IMG/VR virus record: IMGVR_UViG_3300049782_000137
Coordinates: 1 to 37,535 of that record
Length of the DNA: 37,535 nt
DNA from: a virus
Taxonomy: Duplodnaviria > Caudoviricetes
Reading direction: 5' to 3' (one strand)
The notes under the pieces were generated by a model that saw nothing but the letters and a program-made list of their open reading frames with translations, had not been told where the DNA came from and made no database searches. This document shows positions 1-8,400 of the stretch, one piece after another. Position 1 is the first letter of the stretch. Every line of letters starts with the position of its first letter. A program made the position numbers and the translations under genes.

Positions 1-1470
1 TCAATTAAAAATAATCTGTTCAATTGTACATTTGTTTTTCGTTCCACTCATTTCAGTTGGCTGAACATCGATGACTATCGTTTTTACTAATGTGATCGCT
101 AATTGCTTTTTTTCTTTTCTATTTAAACTGGACCACATTTTTTTCATATCTTTTAATGCCACAACAAAATCATCTTGTGATAGTGGTTGCGAGTTCGTTT
201 CCTCAGTTTTGGCGATTTCAACAAGTTGTTTCTCCTTGATCCGAGACTCTTCTACTAAAGATTGAAGCTCTTCAATGGTGATTAAATCTTGTCCAAATGC
301 AATCTGCCATTTGCGACGCATTTCTTTTATCTGTTCAATCTGTTTCAAGGCACTATCCTGTTTAATTGGTACTGCTTTACCAGGAGGTCGAAACTTATTT
401 ATATCTCCAGAAATGAATATACCATCCAAATATTTAAGAAACTCTACTTCCACTACTTCTTCTCTTACAATCTTTAGATCACATGTCTTGTATTTGTGTT
501 TATTCGGGCAGCGGTAGGTGTATCCAATACCTTCTTTATTTTTGAAACGATTACCATGCAACTTTGAGCCACAACGAGTACATACAATCATAGAAGAAAA
601 GATGAAATCACTGGTTACTGATTTTGCACTATTCGATTTTGCGAACTCTTGACGCATAGACCTAACCTGTTGTACTTCCTCAAATAAATCTTCTGTGATG
701 ATTGGTTCGTGAGATGCATCGCTGGTAATTATATCATCCTTTGTAACCAGTCTTTTTCCATTTACCATGGTTCTGTACTTCCAACGGTTTTTTCCTATGT
801 ATGTAGGGTTACTCACTATGTACGCAATTGATGCATCTGTCCATGTTTTTCCTTGTTTGGTGCGAATACCTTCTTTGTTCAGTTGGGTTGCTATACTATG
901 TACACCTGTAGTGAGATATTCGTTATAGATTCGTTGTAAAATACGTGCTTCACTGGGATTGACTACAAGATTGTAGTTCTCGTCGAAATCATAACCATAT
1001 GGAGGATGGGAACCAATTCGATCTCCTTTTAATATCTTCTGTTCCATTCCCATCCTTACACGCTCTGAGAGGTTTTCCCGTTCCCACTGGGCAAGTGCTG
1101 CTATAATATTGATAAACAATCTTCCTGTAGCTGTGGTTGTATCAAAATGTTCAGTGACACTGACGAATTTTACTCCATTGTGATCGAATCGCTCAATTAA
1201 ACTATGTAAATCAGGGACACTCCGTACCATGCGATCTAATCGATAAATGATGACTAAATCAAATGCCTTTTTCTCTACATCTCTAAGTAATTTCTGCATA
1301 GCAGGGCGATTTAAGTCTTTTGCACTGTAACCGTCATCTTTGTATTCACCCACAAAATCCCACTCATTTAGTTCAACATACTTCTTACATTTGTCTCTTT
1401 GAGCATCTAAGCTGAATCCCTCTTTTGCTTGTTCCTCTGTGGACACCCTTGTGTAGATAACTGCTTTCAT
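1..1470 (-). CDS. Large serine recombinase (prophage integrase)
   Basis: N-terminal YTRVST catalytic Ser motif, DDGYSA/RPAMQKLL, LDRMVR, PPYGY, recombinase domain and CTRCG..C zinc ribbon. Start placed at ATG 1470 behind SD AGAAGGAG (ORF track starts at 1506). Confidence 0.95.
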   Translation of the reverse strand: MKAVIYTRVSTEEQAKEGFSLDAQRDKCKKYVELNEWDFVGEYKDDGYSAKDLNRPAMQKLLRDVEKKAFDLVIIYRLDRMVRSVPDLHSLIERFDHNGVKFVSVTEHFDTTTATGRLFINIIAALAQWERENLSERVRMGMEQKILKGDRIGSHPPYGYDFDENYNLVVNPSEARILQRIYNEYLTTGVHSIATQLNKEGIRTKQGKTWTDASIAYIVSNPTYIGKNRWKYRTMVNGKRLVTKDDIITSDASHEPIITEDLFEEVQQVRSMRQEFAKSNSAKSVTSDFIFSSMIVCTRCGSKLHGNRFKNKEGIGYTYRCPNKHKYKTCDLKIVREEVVEVEFLKYLDGIFISGDINKFRPPGKAVPIKQDSALKQIEQIKEMRRKWQIAFGQDLITIEELQSLVEESRIKEKQLVEIAKTEETNSQPLSQDDFVVALKDMKKMWSSLNRKEKKQLAITLVKTIVIDVQPTEMSGTKNKCTIEQIIFN

Positions 1471-1622
1471 TGTCTTTCTCTCCTTCTGAGGGTAGACCTT
1501 ATCCAAAATCCCCTATGTATATATTTAGGGGGATCCTTTCATCTCTTCCTTAAAACAACTATAATGACACAAACAGTAACAATTGCACTAATAACCTGAC
1601 CATATTTTATTGGACATCTATA

Positions 1623-2411
1623 TCAATAGATTAATTTTTGTGTGTCTTCTGGATCAGGATTGTAAGAGCAATGAATGGGGTTGAATGAAATTAATAAATG
1701 TTTCTTCTCCCTAATTTCATTTATTGCTTTTAATTGACCTTCCCTTACGTAAAGATGCCAATATAATCGATTCGGGTAAAGGAAAGTAGTTAGGCTGTAT
1801 TCAAGCAATATGTTTATTTGATACACATCACCATTAGTCAAATGGAAAAGACACTTGAATAACCCCTTTGTGGAGTTTCTTTGTTTCAATGCATCTAATA
1901 AAATGTCAACTGGAATTTCTGTCAAGCATACATCTCCAAAGGGAACCATCTCAGGAACCTCAGAAGTAATTGCATCCGTTTCAATTACTTCAGTACTAAT
2001 GTTTATAATATCCTTTGAAATATCACAATACAGGAGATGATACTGATAGATATAAACAGGAACTTGTTTTATATTTGTTAAGAATATACTAAGTTGATTT
2101 TTTTCCTCTTTTTTAACTATTCTTACTTTAGTTAATAACTCTGCTTTTAATGCTGCTTCTTCTCTTTTTCTAGCTTCTTCTATTTGCCTGTATGCGAGTT
2201 CATTTTGTCTTCTAGCTTCTTTCATTTGACCTAAAGCAACTCTGGCAGTCCAAAGAGTTGCAGCAGCCCCGATGATTTGTCCAAATGCCGCCCACATATC
2301 CCAACTCATCCAATTTATATTTGCAAATCCTTGTATAATACTATTCCACACGAAAGACAACACTCCCAATTTTAATTCAATAAATTCATAATAGCAGATA
2401 TTATCTTTCAT
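1623..2411 (-). CDS. Hypothetical membrane-anchored protein (N-terminal TM, coiled coil, beta-rich domain)
   Basis: 262-aa ORF with hydrophobic WAAFGQIIGAAATLW followed by a charged helix; exact start uncertain. Confidence 0.65.
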   Translation of the reverse strand: MKDNICYYEFIELKLGVLSFVWNSIIQGFANINWMSWDMWAAFGQIIGAAATLWTARVALGQMKEARRQNELAYRQIEEARKREEAALKAELLTKVRIVKKEEKNQLSIFLTNIKQVPVYIYQYHLLYCDISKDIINISTEVIETDAITSEVPEMVPFGDVCLTEIPVDILLDALKQRNSTKGLFKCLFHLTNGDVYQINILLEYSLTTFLYPNRLYWHLYVREGQLKAINEIREKKHLLISFNPIHCSYNPDPEDTQKLIY

Positions 2412-2483
2412 TTTAGATTGTAAATAAAATGTAATGTTGTAATATTTATAATGAAGTAAACGAACTAAAGGGGAAGGGAAGCT

Positions 2484-3205
2484 TTGAAAAATAGGATTCA
2501 GTGGATTTTCATTGGATTACTGGTAGTTGTCTTATTTATAACAATAAGTTCATTAGCATTATGGTATTATCCCAAATGGTTTAAACAAAGCTCAGAATTA
2601 GATGCAGGGATTGTGACAGGACTTATTGGGATCGTAACATTAGTAGGAACCATCGAAGTAACAGTAGCAGTTAATACACAAACACAAAGAATGGCACTTA
2701 GAATGAATCAAGAAAATCAGCAACTTCAATTAAAGATTCAAGAGATGCATGTCAACGCAATGATGTTTCAAGCTCGATCTGGGATTCGAGATGAGATATT
2801 AAAACAACAATTAACTATTTACTCTAAATTATGCTATCTATCTCGACTATCTGATGATCTTAGAATCGATGCAAATTATCTTCTTAGGGAACATGCTAGC
2901 GAATCAGAAATAAAGAATGAAATAAGTGATGTTTTAAGTGGGTATGAAAATATCTTTAAAGAGTTTGACAGGATATACAGAGAACATTACAGTTTGTTAC
3001 CCAAAGACTTAGAAATTGTATGACAAAGTTCAAAGATGAATTCGGTTGGCTTATTGTTGAGGCAGAAAATGAAGATAGAATTTCGTTCGAGAATAAGGTT
3101 CATGATCTAGATGAGCTTTTGAGTTTGATTCATAATATAGCTCTCCATGAATTTCAATTAGATGAAGTTGAAAAAGACATAGCCTCAATAAATAAAAATA
3201 CTTGA
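2484..3205 (+). pseudogene. Two-TM helical protein, probably frameshifted near 3010 (ORFs 2484-3023 and 3020-3205)
   Basis: Good SD before the TTG at 2484 and two TM segments. The second ORF has no SD, and restoring one base would join ...LLPKDL to RNCMTKFKDEF. Confidence 0.5.
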
Positions 3206-3278
3206 GAGACTTCTTCTTTTATATGCATCTGCCTATCGTTATGATATGATTTAATTCCTAAAATTCAATCTATTAGGA

Positions 3279-4304
3279 GTGGCACAGTTGAAGAAGAATG
3301 ACATTATATTGATTGTTGGGATTATTACATTTGCTATTTTGATTGCATATGTCCCTAGTGTATTAATGGCTTGTGGTCTTACGTTAATGTTATTAGGTTT
3401 TACTGTTTTAATGTATCCTAAGTTATTGTCCATTCCGATTTTTGAAAAATTAGAAAAGATTAAACTACGTACTTATCCTAGGCGATATGGAATCTTGATA
3501 ATAATAGTAGGCTTCTTCTTATTCGCTATTTGGGGAGGAACGTTACCGCAACCACCAATTGCACAAATTCAAGCTTCACAAAATGAAAAGGCAACACCAC
3601 CAAAATCTACAGTTCAAAAAAAGACAAATCAGCAAACAAATGCTCCAATAGAACAATTATACAAAGTAGCCAAAGTAACAGATGGAGATACATTTGATGT
3701 AGAAATCAATGGAAAAAAAGAAACTGTACGCATGTTACTAGTTGATACACCTGAAACTGTGCATCCAAATAAACCAGTCCAACCGTTTGGTAAAGAGGCG
3801 AGTACATTTACTACTCAGTTGCTGAATGGTAAAAGTGTTAAATTAGAAGCTGATAAAGAAGACAAAGATCAATATGGTAGATTGCTTAGATATGTATACA
3901 TAGACGGAAAGTCTGTCCAAGAGCAGCTGCTTGAAAAAGGATTAGCACGTGTATCTGCTTACCAGCCAAATACCAAGTATGTCGCTAAATATCAACAAAT
4001 TGAGACAGGAGCTAAAAATAAAAAAATTGCTATATGGTCTATCGCTAATTATGTACAAGCTAGTGGATTTGTAACTCCCACACCAAAGCCAGTATCAAAA
4101 CCAGTACAGAAGCCAACACCAAAACCAGCTCCTAAACCAGAACCAAAACCAAAGCAAGAGACACAACCAGAACCAGAAACAAATTATGTGTATTATGCTA
4201 ATTGTTCAGAAGCTAAGAGTGCTGGAGCTGCTCCCCTGTATGAAGGAGATCCTGGTTATCGATCTAAATTGGATCGTGATAAAGATGGAGTTGCGTGTGA
4301 ATAA
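3279..4304 (+). CDS. Membrane-anchored thermonuclease (SNase) with Pro/Lys linker and C-terminal Excalibur Ca-binding domain (YokF/YncB-like)
   Basis: VTDGDTF, VRMLLVDTPE and DQYGRLLRYVY motifs; C-terminal YANCSEA...LDRDKDGVACE; N-terminal TM helices. Confidence 0.92.
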   Translation: MAQLKKNDIILIVGIITFAILIAYVPSVLMACGLTLMLLGFTVLMYPKLLSIPIFEKLEKIKLRTYPRRYGILIIIVGFFLFAIWGGTLPQPPIAQIQASQNEKATPPKSTVQKKTNQQTNAPIEQLYKVAKVTDGDTFDVEINGKKETVRMLLVDTPETVHPNKPVQPFGKEASTFTTQLLNGKSVKLEADKEDKDQYGRLLRYVYIDGKSVQEQLLEKGLARVSAYQPNTKYVAKYQQIETGAKNKKIAIWSIANYVQASGFVTPTPKPVSKPVQKPTPKPAPKPEPKPKQETQPEPETNYVYYANCSEAKSAGAAPLYEGDPGYRSKLDRDKDGVACE

Positions 4305-4311
4305 GAAGTTG

Positions 4312-4341
4312 AAAAGGGACCTTATTATGGTCTCTTTTTTT
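4312..4341 (+). terminator. Intrinsic terminator after nuclease gene
   Basis: AAAAGGGACC-loop-GGTCTCTTTT followed by a T run. Confidence 0.75.
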
Positions 4342-4394
4342 ATGATCCTCTAAGAACTGGTGGCTGCCTTTTAATCAAGTAGCTGCAACAAATT

Positions 4395-4422
4395 AAAAAG
4401 CGACCTAGTTTCCTAGACCGCT
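4395..4422 (-). terminator. Intrinsic terminator after the micropeptide gene
   Basis: Minus strand AGCGGTCTAG-GAAA-CTAGGTCGCT then TTTT; the G-U pairs only work on the minus strand. Confidence 0.85.
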
Positions 4423-4429
4423 GGTGTTA

Positions 4430-4459
4430 TTAACCATCTGTAGGATCGCCCATTAACAT
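4430..4459 (-). CDS. 9-aa micropeptide MLMGDPTDG, putative cognate ligand of the XRE-TPR regulator
   Basis: TAAGGAGGT SD with AGGAGG 7 nt before ATG; begins 38 nt after the TPR gene stop; terminator directly after; not in ORF track. Confidence 0.7.
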   Translation of the reverse strand: MLMGDPTDG

Positions 4460-4497
4460 AATATGACCTCCTTAGTAGTTAGTTATAAATTGAGATG

Positions 4498-5706
4498 TTA
4501 GTTGGTACATTGAAAGATATGTTCAGATAATGATGGTTTATAGATATCATAATGGTACTGCTCTGCTAGCTGGAGAGCATCTCTATAACGGATGCCAGCA
4601 TCATACCGGTTGCCTTCTGCTTCGTAAATCTTCCCTTCAATTGTATATGCTTTAATGAGATCATGCATGTCTTTGGATTTCTTTGCCCATTTGAGTGCTT
4701 CCACAATGTTCCCTTTAGCTTTTACTAATTCATTTTGTTCGACATACAAGTGACTGATTTTCACGTATGCAATGCCTGGTGTTGTTTTTTTTAGTTTGTC
4801 TCGAATGTCTATTGCGGATTGGAAGCATCTTTCTGCGTTGACGTATAACTTATTATCAAAAGAGAGATTCCCAAGAGCCATAAGAACATAAAACACACTA
4901 TCGGCATTATCTTGAAGGGATGCTATTTCGAGTGCTTTTCGTAAGACGTTAACTGCTCTGTCTCTTAACCCCTTATATTGATAAATTGACGCTTTTAGTT
5001 CATAAGATTTAATCTTCGTTATCCCTGTAATTTGTGCTCGGTTAGGCCAAATGACATTCAACCATTTTTCTGATTCTTCTATGTTTCCTAGTTCAAAGTA
5101 TATGAGGGCTTTGTTGTAGTGTATATTGTGCCACGTGCTGAGACGCTCCCCTTTTTGATTGTAAATTTCTATTGCTTTATCAAGGTAGGAAAGAGAGCTT
5201 TTGAAGTCGTTTTCTCTGTATCTCATGACAGACATGTCACTAAGAGAGGCAGCTTTTAGATTGGATTTTGAATCATATTTTTTTTCGTCTGTATTTAGGA
5301 TGAGTTCATATATCCGTGCTGCTTCTTCATAATCTCCAATTACAAAGCATCGTTTCGCCCTCAGGTAATTTTTAGCGATTTCATCGTTGATATATTGTAG
5401 CTTTTGGTTCAACTGCTGCAAACTTAAAGCATTCATTTTTACTTGTGCTTCGACTGATTGGAAAGCGAATAGATCAATGGTATCTTCATATTGAAAAGAT
5501 AATTGCAGGGCTGAGAGTTCACCTTGCTGGATGTCTAATTCATCTAATAGCAGATTTAGTTTCTCTTCTTTTAGATTGGTTTTCCCTTGTTCAAATCTGC
5601 TTAGTGTGCCATGTGTGCAACCGATCTGATCCGCTAATTCTTGTAAGGTGACCCCGTTTTGAATACGTACTTTATGGATAATTTTCCTAAGATCATCTAG
5701 CTCCAT
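4498..5706 (-). CDS. XRE-HTH + TPR transcriptional regulator (RRNPP-family-like; AimR/PlcR/NprR architecture)
   Basis: N-terminal HTH (VTLQELADQIGCTHGTLSRFEQG) followed by about 300 aa of TPR-like helical repeats (YNKALIYFELGNIEES, ALGNLSFDNKLYVNA). Confidence 0.88.
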   Translation of the reverse strand: MELDDLRKIIHKVRIQNGVTLQELADQIGCTHGTLSRFEQGKTNLKEEKLNLLLDELDIQQGELSALQLSFQYEDTIDLFAFQSVEAQVKMNALSLQQLNQKLQYINDEIAKNYLRAKRCFVIGDYEEAARIYELILNTDEKKYDSKSNLKAASLSDMSVMRYRENDFKSSLSYLDKAIEIYNQKGERLSTWHNIHYNKALIYFELGNIEESEKWLNVIWPNRAQITGITKIKSYELKASIYQYKGLRDRAVNVLRKALEIASLQDNADSVFYVLMALGNLSFDNKLYVNAERCFQSAIDIRDKLKKTTPGIAYVKISHLYVEQNELVKAKGNIVEALKWAKKSKDMHDLIKAYTIEGKIYEAEGNRYDAGIRYRDALQLAEQYHYDIYKPSLSEHIFQCTN

Positions 5707-5762
5707 TACTAAACACCTTTCATAAAATATTCTACTAAAAAATAAATTAATAGAAAAATCAC

Positions 5763-5876
5763 CAAATGGGGCAAAATGTGCATGGTCGCGTGCACATTTT
5801 GGGTCATTTTGATCAAAAAAGCATCAAAATGGGGTGAGATGTGCACGATTCGATGCACATTTCCGGTCATTTGATG
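5763..5876. promoter_or_regulatory. Two tandem palindromic operators ATGTGCA-N8-TGCACAT
   Basis: Cores at 5776-5797 and 5839-5860 (63-bp period), both with outer arms CAAA(A)TGGGG...GGTCATTT(T)G. Confidence 0.75.
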
Positions 5877-5878
5877 TT

Positions 5879-5907
5879 TTTACAACGAATTTTTTCTATG
5901 GTATATT
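5879..5907 (+). promoter_or_regulatory. SigA-type promoter directly downstream of the palindromes
   Basis: TTTACA-17 bp-TATATT with an extended -10 TG at 5899-5900. Confidence 0.6.
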
Positions 5908-6068
5908 CGTGATATATTCATAGTAATACAAAAAATACAAAAATAACGAGGATAAATAACATTATAAATAAAACACAAGAATACATAAATACACCATAGA
6001 AAGAAATATTTAGAATAATTATAAAATTAATAATTACAACTGCAACCGCATACATAGAGGTGGATAAA

Positions 6069-6446
6069 ATGCAAACAGAAAACAATATAGGAAAAGAACA
6101 GGCAGAACAATTTCTAAATGATATAAGTAATTCCTTCACGAGATTCAGTTCAGAAATTCCCCGAAAAGCTACATCTCTTAATCGAAATGAATATAGTCTC
6201 TTTGCTAGAGGAAGTGTGGATGATGGTGTGAGAAGATTCTTGGATAGATTGAGTAGTGCATTTGAGCAGATTGAAGGCACCACAAACAGCCATCCAGAGG
6301 AAAAGGATAGCGTGGGTGTTACTACATATATGTATGATGATGTGATAAACGATGATGCCATAGATGTTAAAAACATTATAGACAAAATTCATCTAACTAG
6401 TAAGGAAAAAACTAAGATATTAATGATTGCAATGATGTTGTTTTAG
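6069..6446 (+). CDS. Hypothetical protein converging on cI; candidate antirepressor
   Basis: SD GAGGTG then ATG 6069; overlaps the cI stop by 4 nt; C-terminal helix resembles the CI C-terminus. Confidence 0.7.
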   Translation: MQTENNIGKEQAEQFLNDISNSFTRFSSEIPRKATSLNRNEYSLFARGSVDDGVRRFLDRLSSAFEQIEGTTNSHPEEKDSVGVTTYMYDDVINDDAIDVKNIIDKIHLTSKEKTKILMIAMMLF

Positions 6447-6847
6447 TTGTTTTCTTCCGGCTCTTCCCTTTCTATAGCAGCAAGCAGAATGGCTCTAATA
6501 CTATCTTGTTGCTTTTTAGTTAACTTATGCCCATCATAGACAAGCTCCTTTTCCAGAAGGGCTTTTTTTATTTGTTTTAGATCAAGTTCTTGAGAGTTAT
6601 CTTCTTTTTCGTTTTTTACAGGTGTAGGATTGTCCGTTTCGCCTAATAAGTAATCAATGCTACAGTCAAATAAGTTGGCTATCTTTTTTAACCTAGATTC
6701 TCTAGGGATTTTAGGATCAGAGGATTCATAGTTTGCAACACCTGAACGACTTAGTCCTAACTTTTCAGCCATCATATCTTGAGTTAATCCTCTGGCTTCC
6801 CTTAACTCTTTAAATCTCTTTGCAAATACGTGGTTTTTATTACTCAT
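6443..6847 (-). CDS. CI/ImmR-like XRE repressor without peptidase domain
   Basis: RFKELREARGLTQDMMAEKLGLSRSGVANYE...IANLFDCSIDYLLG; C-terminal LVYDGHKLT motif; divergent from cro. Start may be 6847 or 6856. Confidence 0.9.
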   Translation of the reverse strand: MSNKNHVFAKRFKELREARGLTQDMMAEKLGLSRSGVANYESSDPKIPRESRLKKIANLFDCSIDYLLGETDNPTPVKNEKEDNSQELDLKQIKKALLEKELVYDGHKLTKKQQDSIRAILLAAIEREEPEENN

Positions 6848-6891
6848 TTTCCTCATCCTTTGTCTTTTCTAGTATTTATGATAATCAAAAA

Positions 6892-7220
6892 TGTCTCTTT
6901 TAGAAACGAAACTTTAGGGGACATTTTTTATAATTCCCGCTTGACATGTTTCTTTAAGAGACATATACTAAAAATGTCCCCTAAAGAAACAAATGAGAGA
7001 GGTGACAAAATGAAAAATAATAATGTAGCTACGGTTATAAAAAGATATCGTTCTGAAAATGGAATCAGCCAAGAGCAGTTATCTACGCAATTGGGGGTAT
7101 CACGTAACCATATTTCAAATTTAGAAACTGGTAAGAAAGATCCATCTCATAAACTGATGGAGCGAATTATTGTAACTATGTGGGATATTTTTTTTGAAAT
7201 TTATGTCCCTAAAAGAAACG
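6892..7220. promoter_or_regulatory. Five 17-bp repressor operators (approx. TGTYYCYWWWRGARACR)
   Basis: TGTCTCTTTTAGAAACG 6892-6908; rc TGTCCCCTAAAGTTTCG 6907-6923; TGTTTCTTTAAGAGACA 6947-6963; TGTCCCCTAAAGAAACA 6975-6991; TGTCCCTAAAAGAAACG 7204-7220. Confidence 0.8.
6941..6969 (+). promoter_or_regulatory. Early lytic SigA promoter (PR-like)
   Basis: TTGACA-17 bp-TATACT; the spacer is exactly one operator copy. Confidence 0.85.
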
Positions 7221-7279
7221 AAAATTCACATCAAAATATCAAGGAGTTAAACAACTATGAAAATCGAAACTTGGCTTGA
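7010..7279 (+). CDS. Cro-like XRE HTH regulator
   Basis: SD GAGGTGA then ATG 7010; IKRYRSENGISQEQLSTQLGVSRNHISNLETG. Confidence 0.88.
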   Translation: MKNNNVATVIKRYRSENGISQEQLSTQLGVSRNHISNLETGKKDPSHKLMERIIVTMWDIFFEIYVPKRNENSHQNIKELNNYENRNLA

Positions 7280-7853
7280 TCATGAAATCCGCTTTATTGA
7301 AATTGATGGAGAGTGGTGGGCAGTAGCAAAAGATATCGCTGATGCACTTAGATATAGCGAGACAACAGCAATGACAAAACACATGCGTAAGAAATATCTC
7401 ATGTCTGCCAGATTGGCAGGTATGAACATGAAGAGCACTTTGATAAGCGAACATGGAATCTACAAAGCTCTCATGCGATCTCAAAGACCAGAAGCAGAAC
7501 AGTTTGAAGATTGGGTGCTGGATGTTTTGGTTAAACTCCGTCAACAAAGCGGTCTAGAAGGCTTCCAAGTATCCCGAATGCTAGATAAGGAGCACCAAAA
7601 GCAAGCAATGGACAAAATCAGCCAAATGAACAAACCGCAACCAAAGCATTACATGAAAGCAAACACCATCGCCAATAAAGCAGTAGCAAATAAATACGGT
7701 CTTCCCAGAGCAATCAAAAAAGAGAACATGACAGTTGAGATGCTACAAGATCGCCAACCAATCATAGAAGATACTGCTCATCTTATGTTAATGAAAGATC
7801 GATTTGATTTGGACATGTCCATATCGAAGGCAATCTATAAGAAGTACAACTGA
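7257..7853 (+). CDS. BRO-N family phage antirepressor
   Basis: IRFIEIDGEWWAVAKDIADALRY...LISEHGIYKALMRSQRPEAEQFEDWV. Confidence 0.88.
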   Translation: MKIETWLDHEIRFIEIDGEWWAVAKDIADALRYSETTAMTKHMRKKYLMSARLAGMNMKSTLISEHGIYKALMRSQRPEAEQFEDWVLDVLVKLRQQSGLEGFQVSRMLDKEHQKQAMDKISQMNKPQPKHYMKANTIANKAVANKYGLPRAIKKENMTVEMLQDRQPIIEDTAHLMLMKDRFDLDMSISKAIYKKYN

Positions 7854-7931
7854 TTTAACAACTCTGTACATTTTCATGCAAAATGTAAATCTACACAAGA
7901 CAGAAAATTCGTTCTATTGGAGGCGAAGAGA

Positions 7932-8075
7932 ATGACCACGAAACAGCAAAATAAACCATCGCCTGAAGCAATCCAAAACGCTTTGCTTATCCTGTGGCGA
8001 GCATGCGAGAGGATCAAGAAAGAAGAAGCAAAAGGAGGTGAATCGAATGTTCGGACGGATCGGCAAAGTGTATAA
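7932..8075 (+). CDS. Small early protein (47 aa, MTTKQQNKPSPEAIQNALL...)
   Basis: SD GGAGG, ATG 7932; fills operon gap; below ORF-track cutoff. Confidence 0.6.
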   Translation: MTTKQQNKPSPEAIQNALLILWRACERIKKEEAKGGESNVRTDRQSV

Positions 8076-8172
8076 CGGCACACCGAAAGTGAAGGAAATC
8101 CAAAAGGGCAGCATCAAGAATTTGCGTGATGTTGCTCTGGAGGAACAACAGAAGAAGAAAGGAGCGAAGTAG
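8047..8172 (+). CDS. Small early protein (41 aa, MFGRIGKVYNGTPKVKE...)
   Basis: Strong SD AAGGAGGTG before ATG 8047. Confidence 0.65.
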   Translation: MFGRIGKVYNGTPKVKEIQKGSIKNLRDVALEEQQKKKGAK

Positions 8173-8176
8173 CGTC

Positions 8177-8347
8177 ATGAGGGAAGCAAGGCGAAAGCAG
8201 CTGGAGCATGAGATTGAGATTTTGGAAGATGTGAAAAAGAAGATGCACGACAAGGGTTGCAGCGTTATGGAAGTAGGAGAACAGATCAGCAAGCTTCAAG
8301 GGAAATTAAAAGACTTGGCAGTGCAGCAACACCACCAAGCCCAGTAA
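8177..8347 (+). CDS. Small coiled-coil protein (MREARRKQLEHEIE...)
   Basis: 3' part of track ORF 8126-8347; ATG 8177 directly follows the previous stop. Confidence 0.6.
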   Translation: MREARRKQLEHEIEILEDVKKKMHDKGCSVMEVGEQISKLQGKLKDLAVQQHHQAQ

Positions 8348-8394
8348 AAACATTATGCAGGATCTAGTGTACCACAGTTGGAGCTAGATCGAAA
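8308..8394 (-). ncRNA. Putative short antisense transcription unit 1
   Basis: Minus-strand TG-G-TACACT (-10 at 8366-8371) and a minus-strand-specific 13-bp stem + U tract at 8342-8308. Confidence 0.45.
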
Positions 8395-8400
8395 GGGAGA

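Noticed and set aside
1509-1534. ATCCCCTA...TAGGGGGAT hairpin upstream of integrase as att site or CI operator
   Set aside because: Only a partial match to the operator. The att site is expected beyond the integrase 3' end, outside the window, and no partner copy is visible.
4075-4180. CCAAAACCAG-type tandem repeats
   Set aside because: Explained by the Pro-Lys/Pro-Glu linker of the nuclease.
5763-5876. Palindromic repeats as a mini CRISPR array
   Set aside because: Only two imperfect units with a ~10-nt gap, and no cas genes in the window; fits operators better.
5918-6392. Minus-strand ORFs 5918-6385 and 6150-6392
   Set aside because: Shadows of the plus-strand gene, which has the SD and promoter; hydrophobicity reflects the A-rich opposite strand.
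7865-7887. TACATTTT-N5-AAAATGTA palindrome resembling the XRE-TPR half-sites
   Set aside because: Half-sites are everted and AT-rich, so the match could easily be chance.
7902-7915. LexA (Cheo) box-like AGAAAATTCGTTCT
   Set aside because: Mismatch in the GAAC core and non-consensus spacer; no clear associated promoter.
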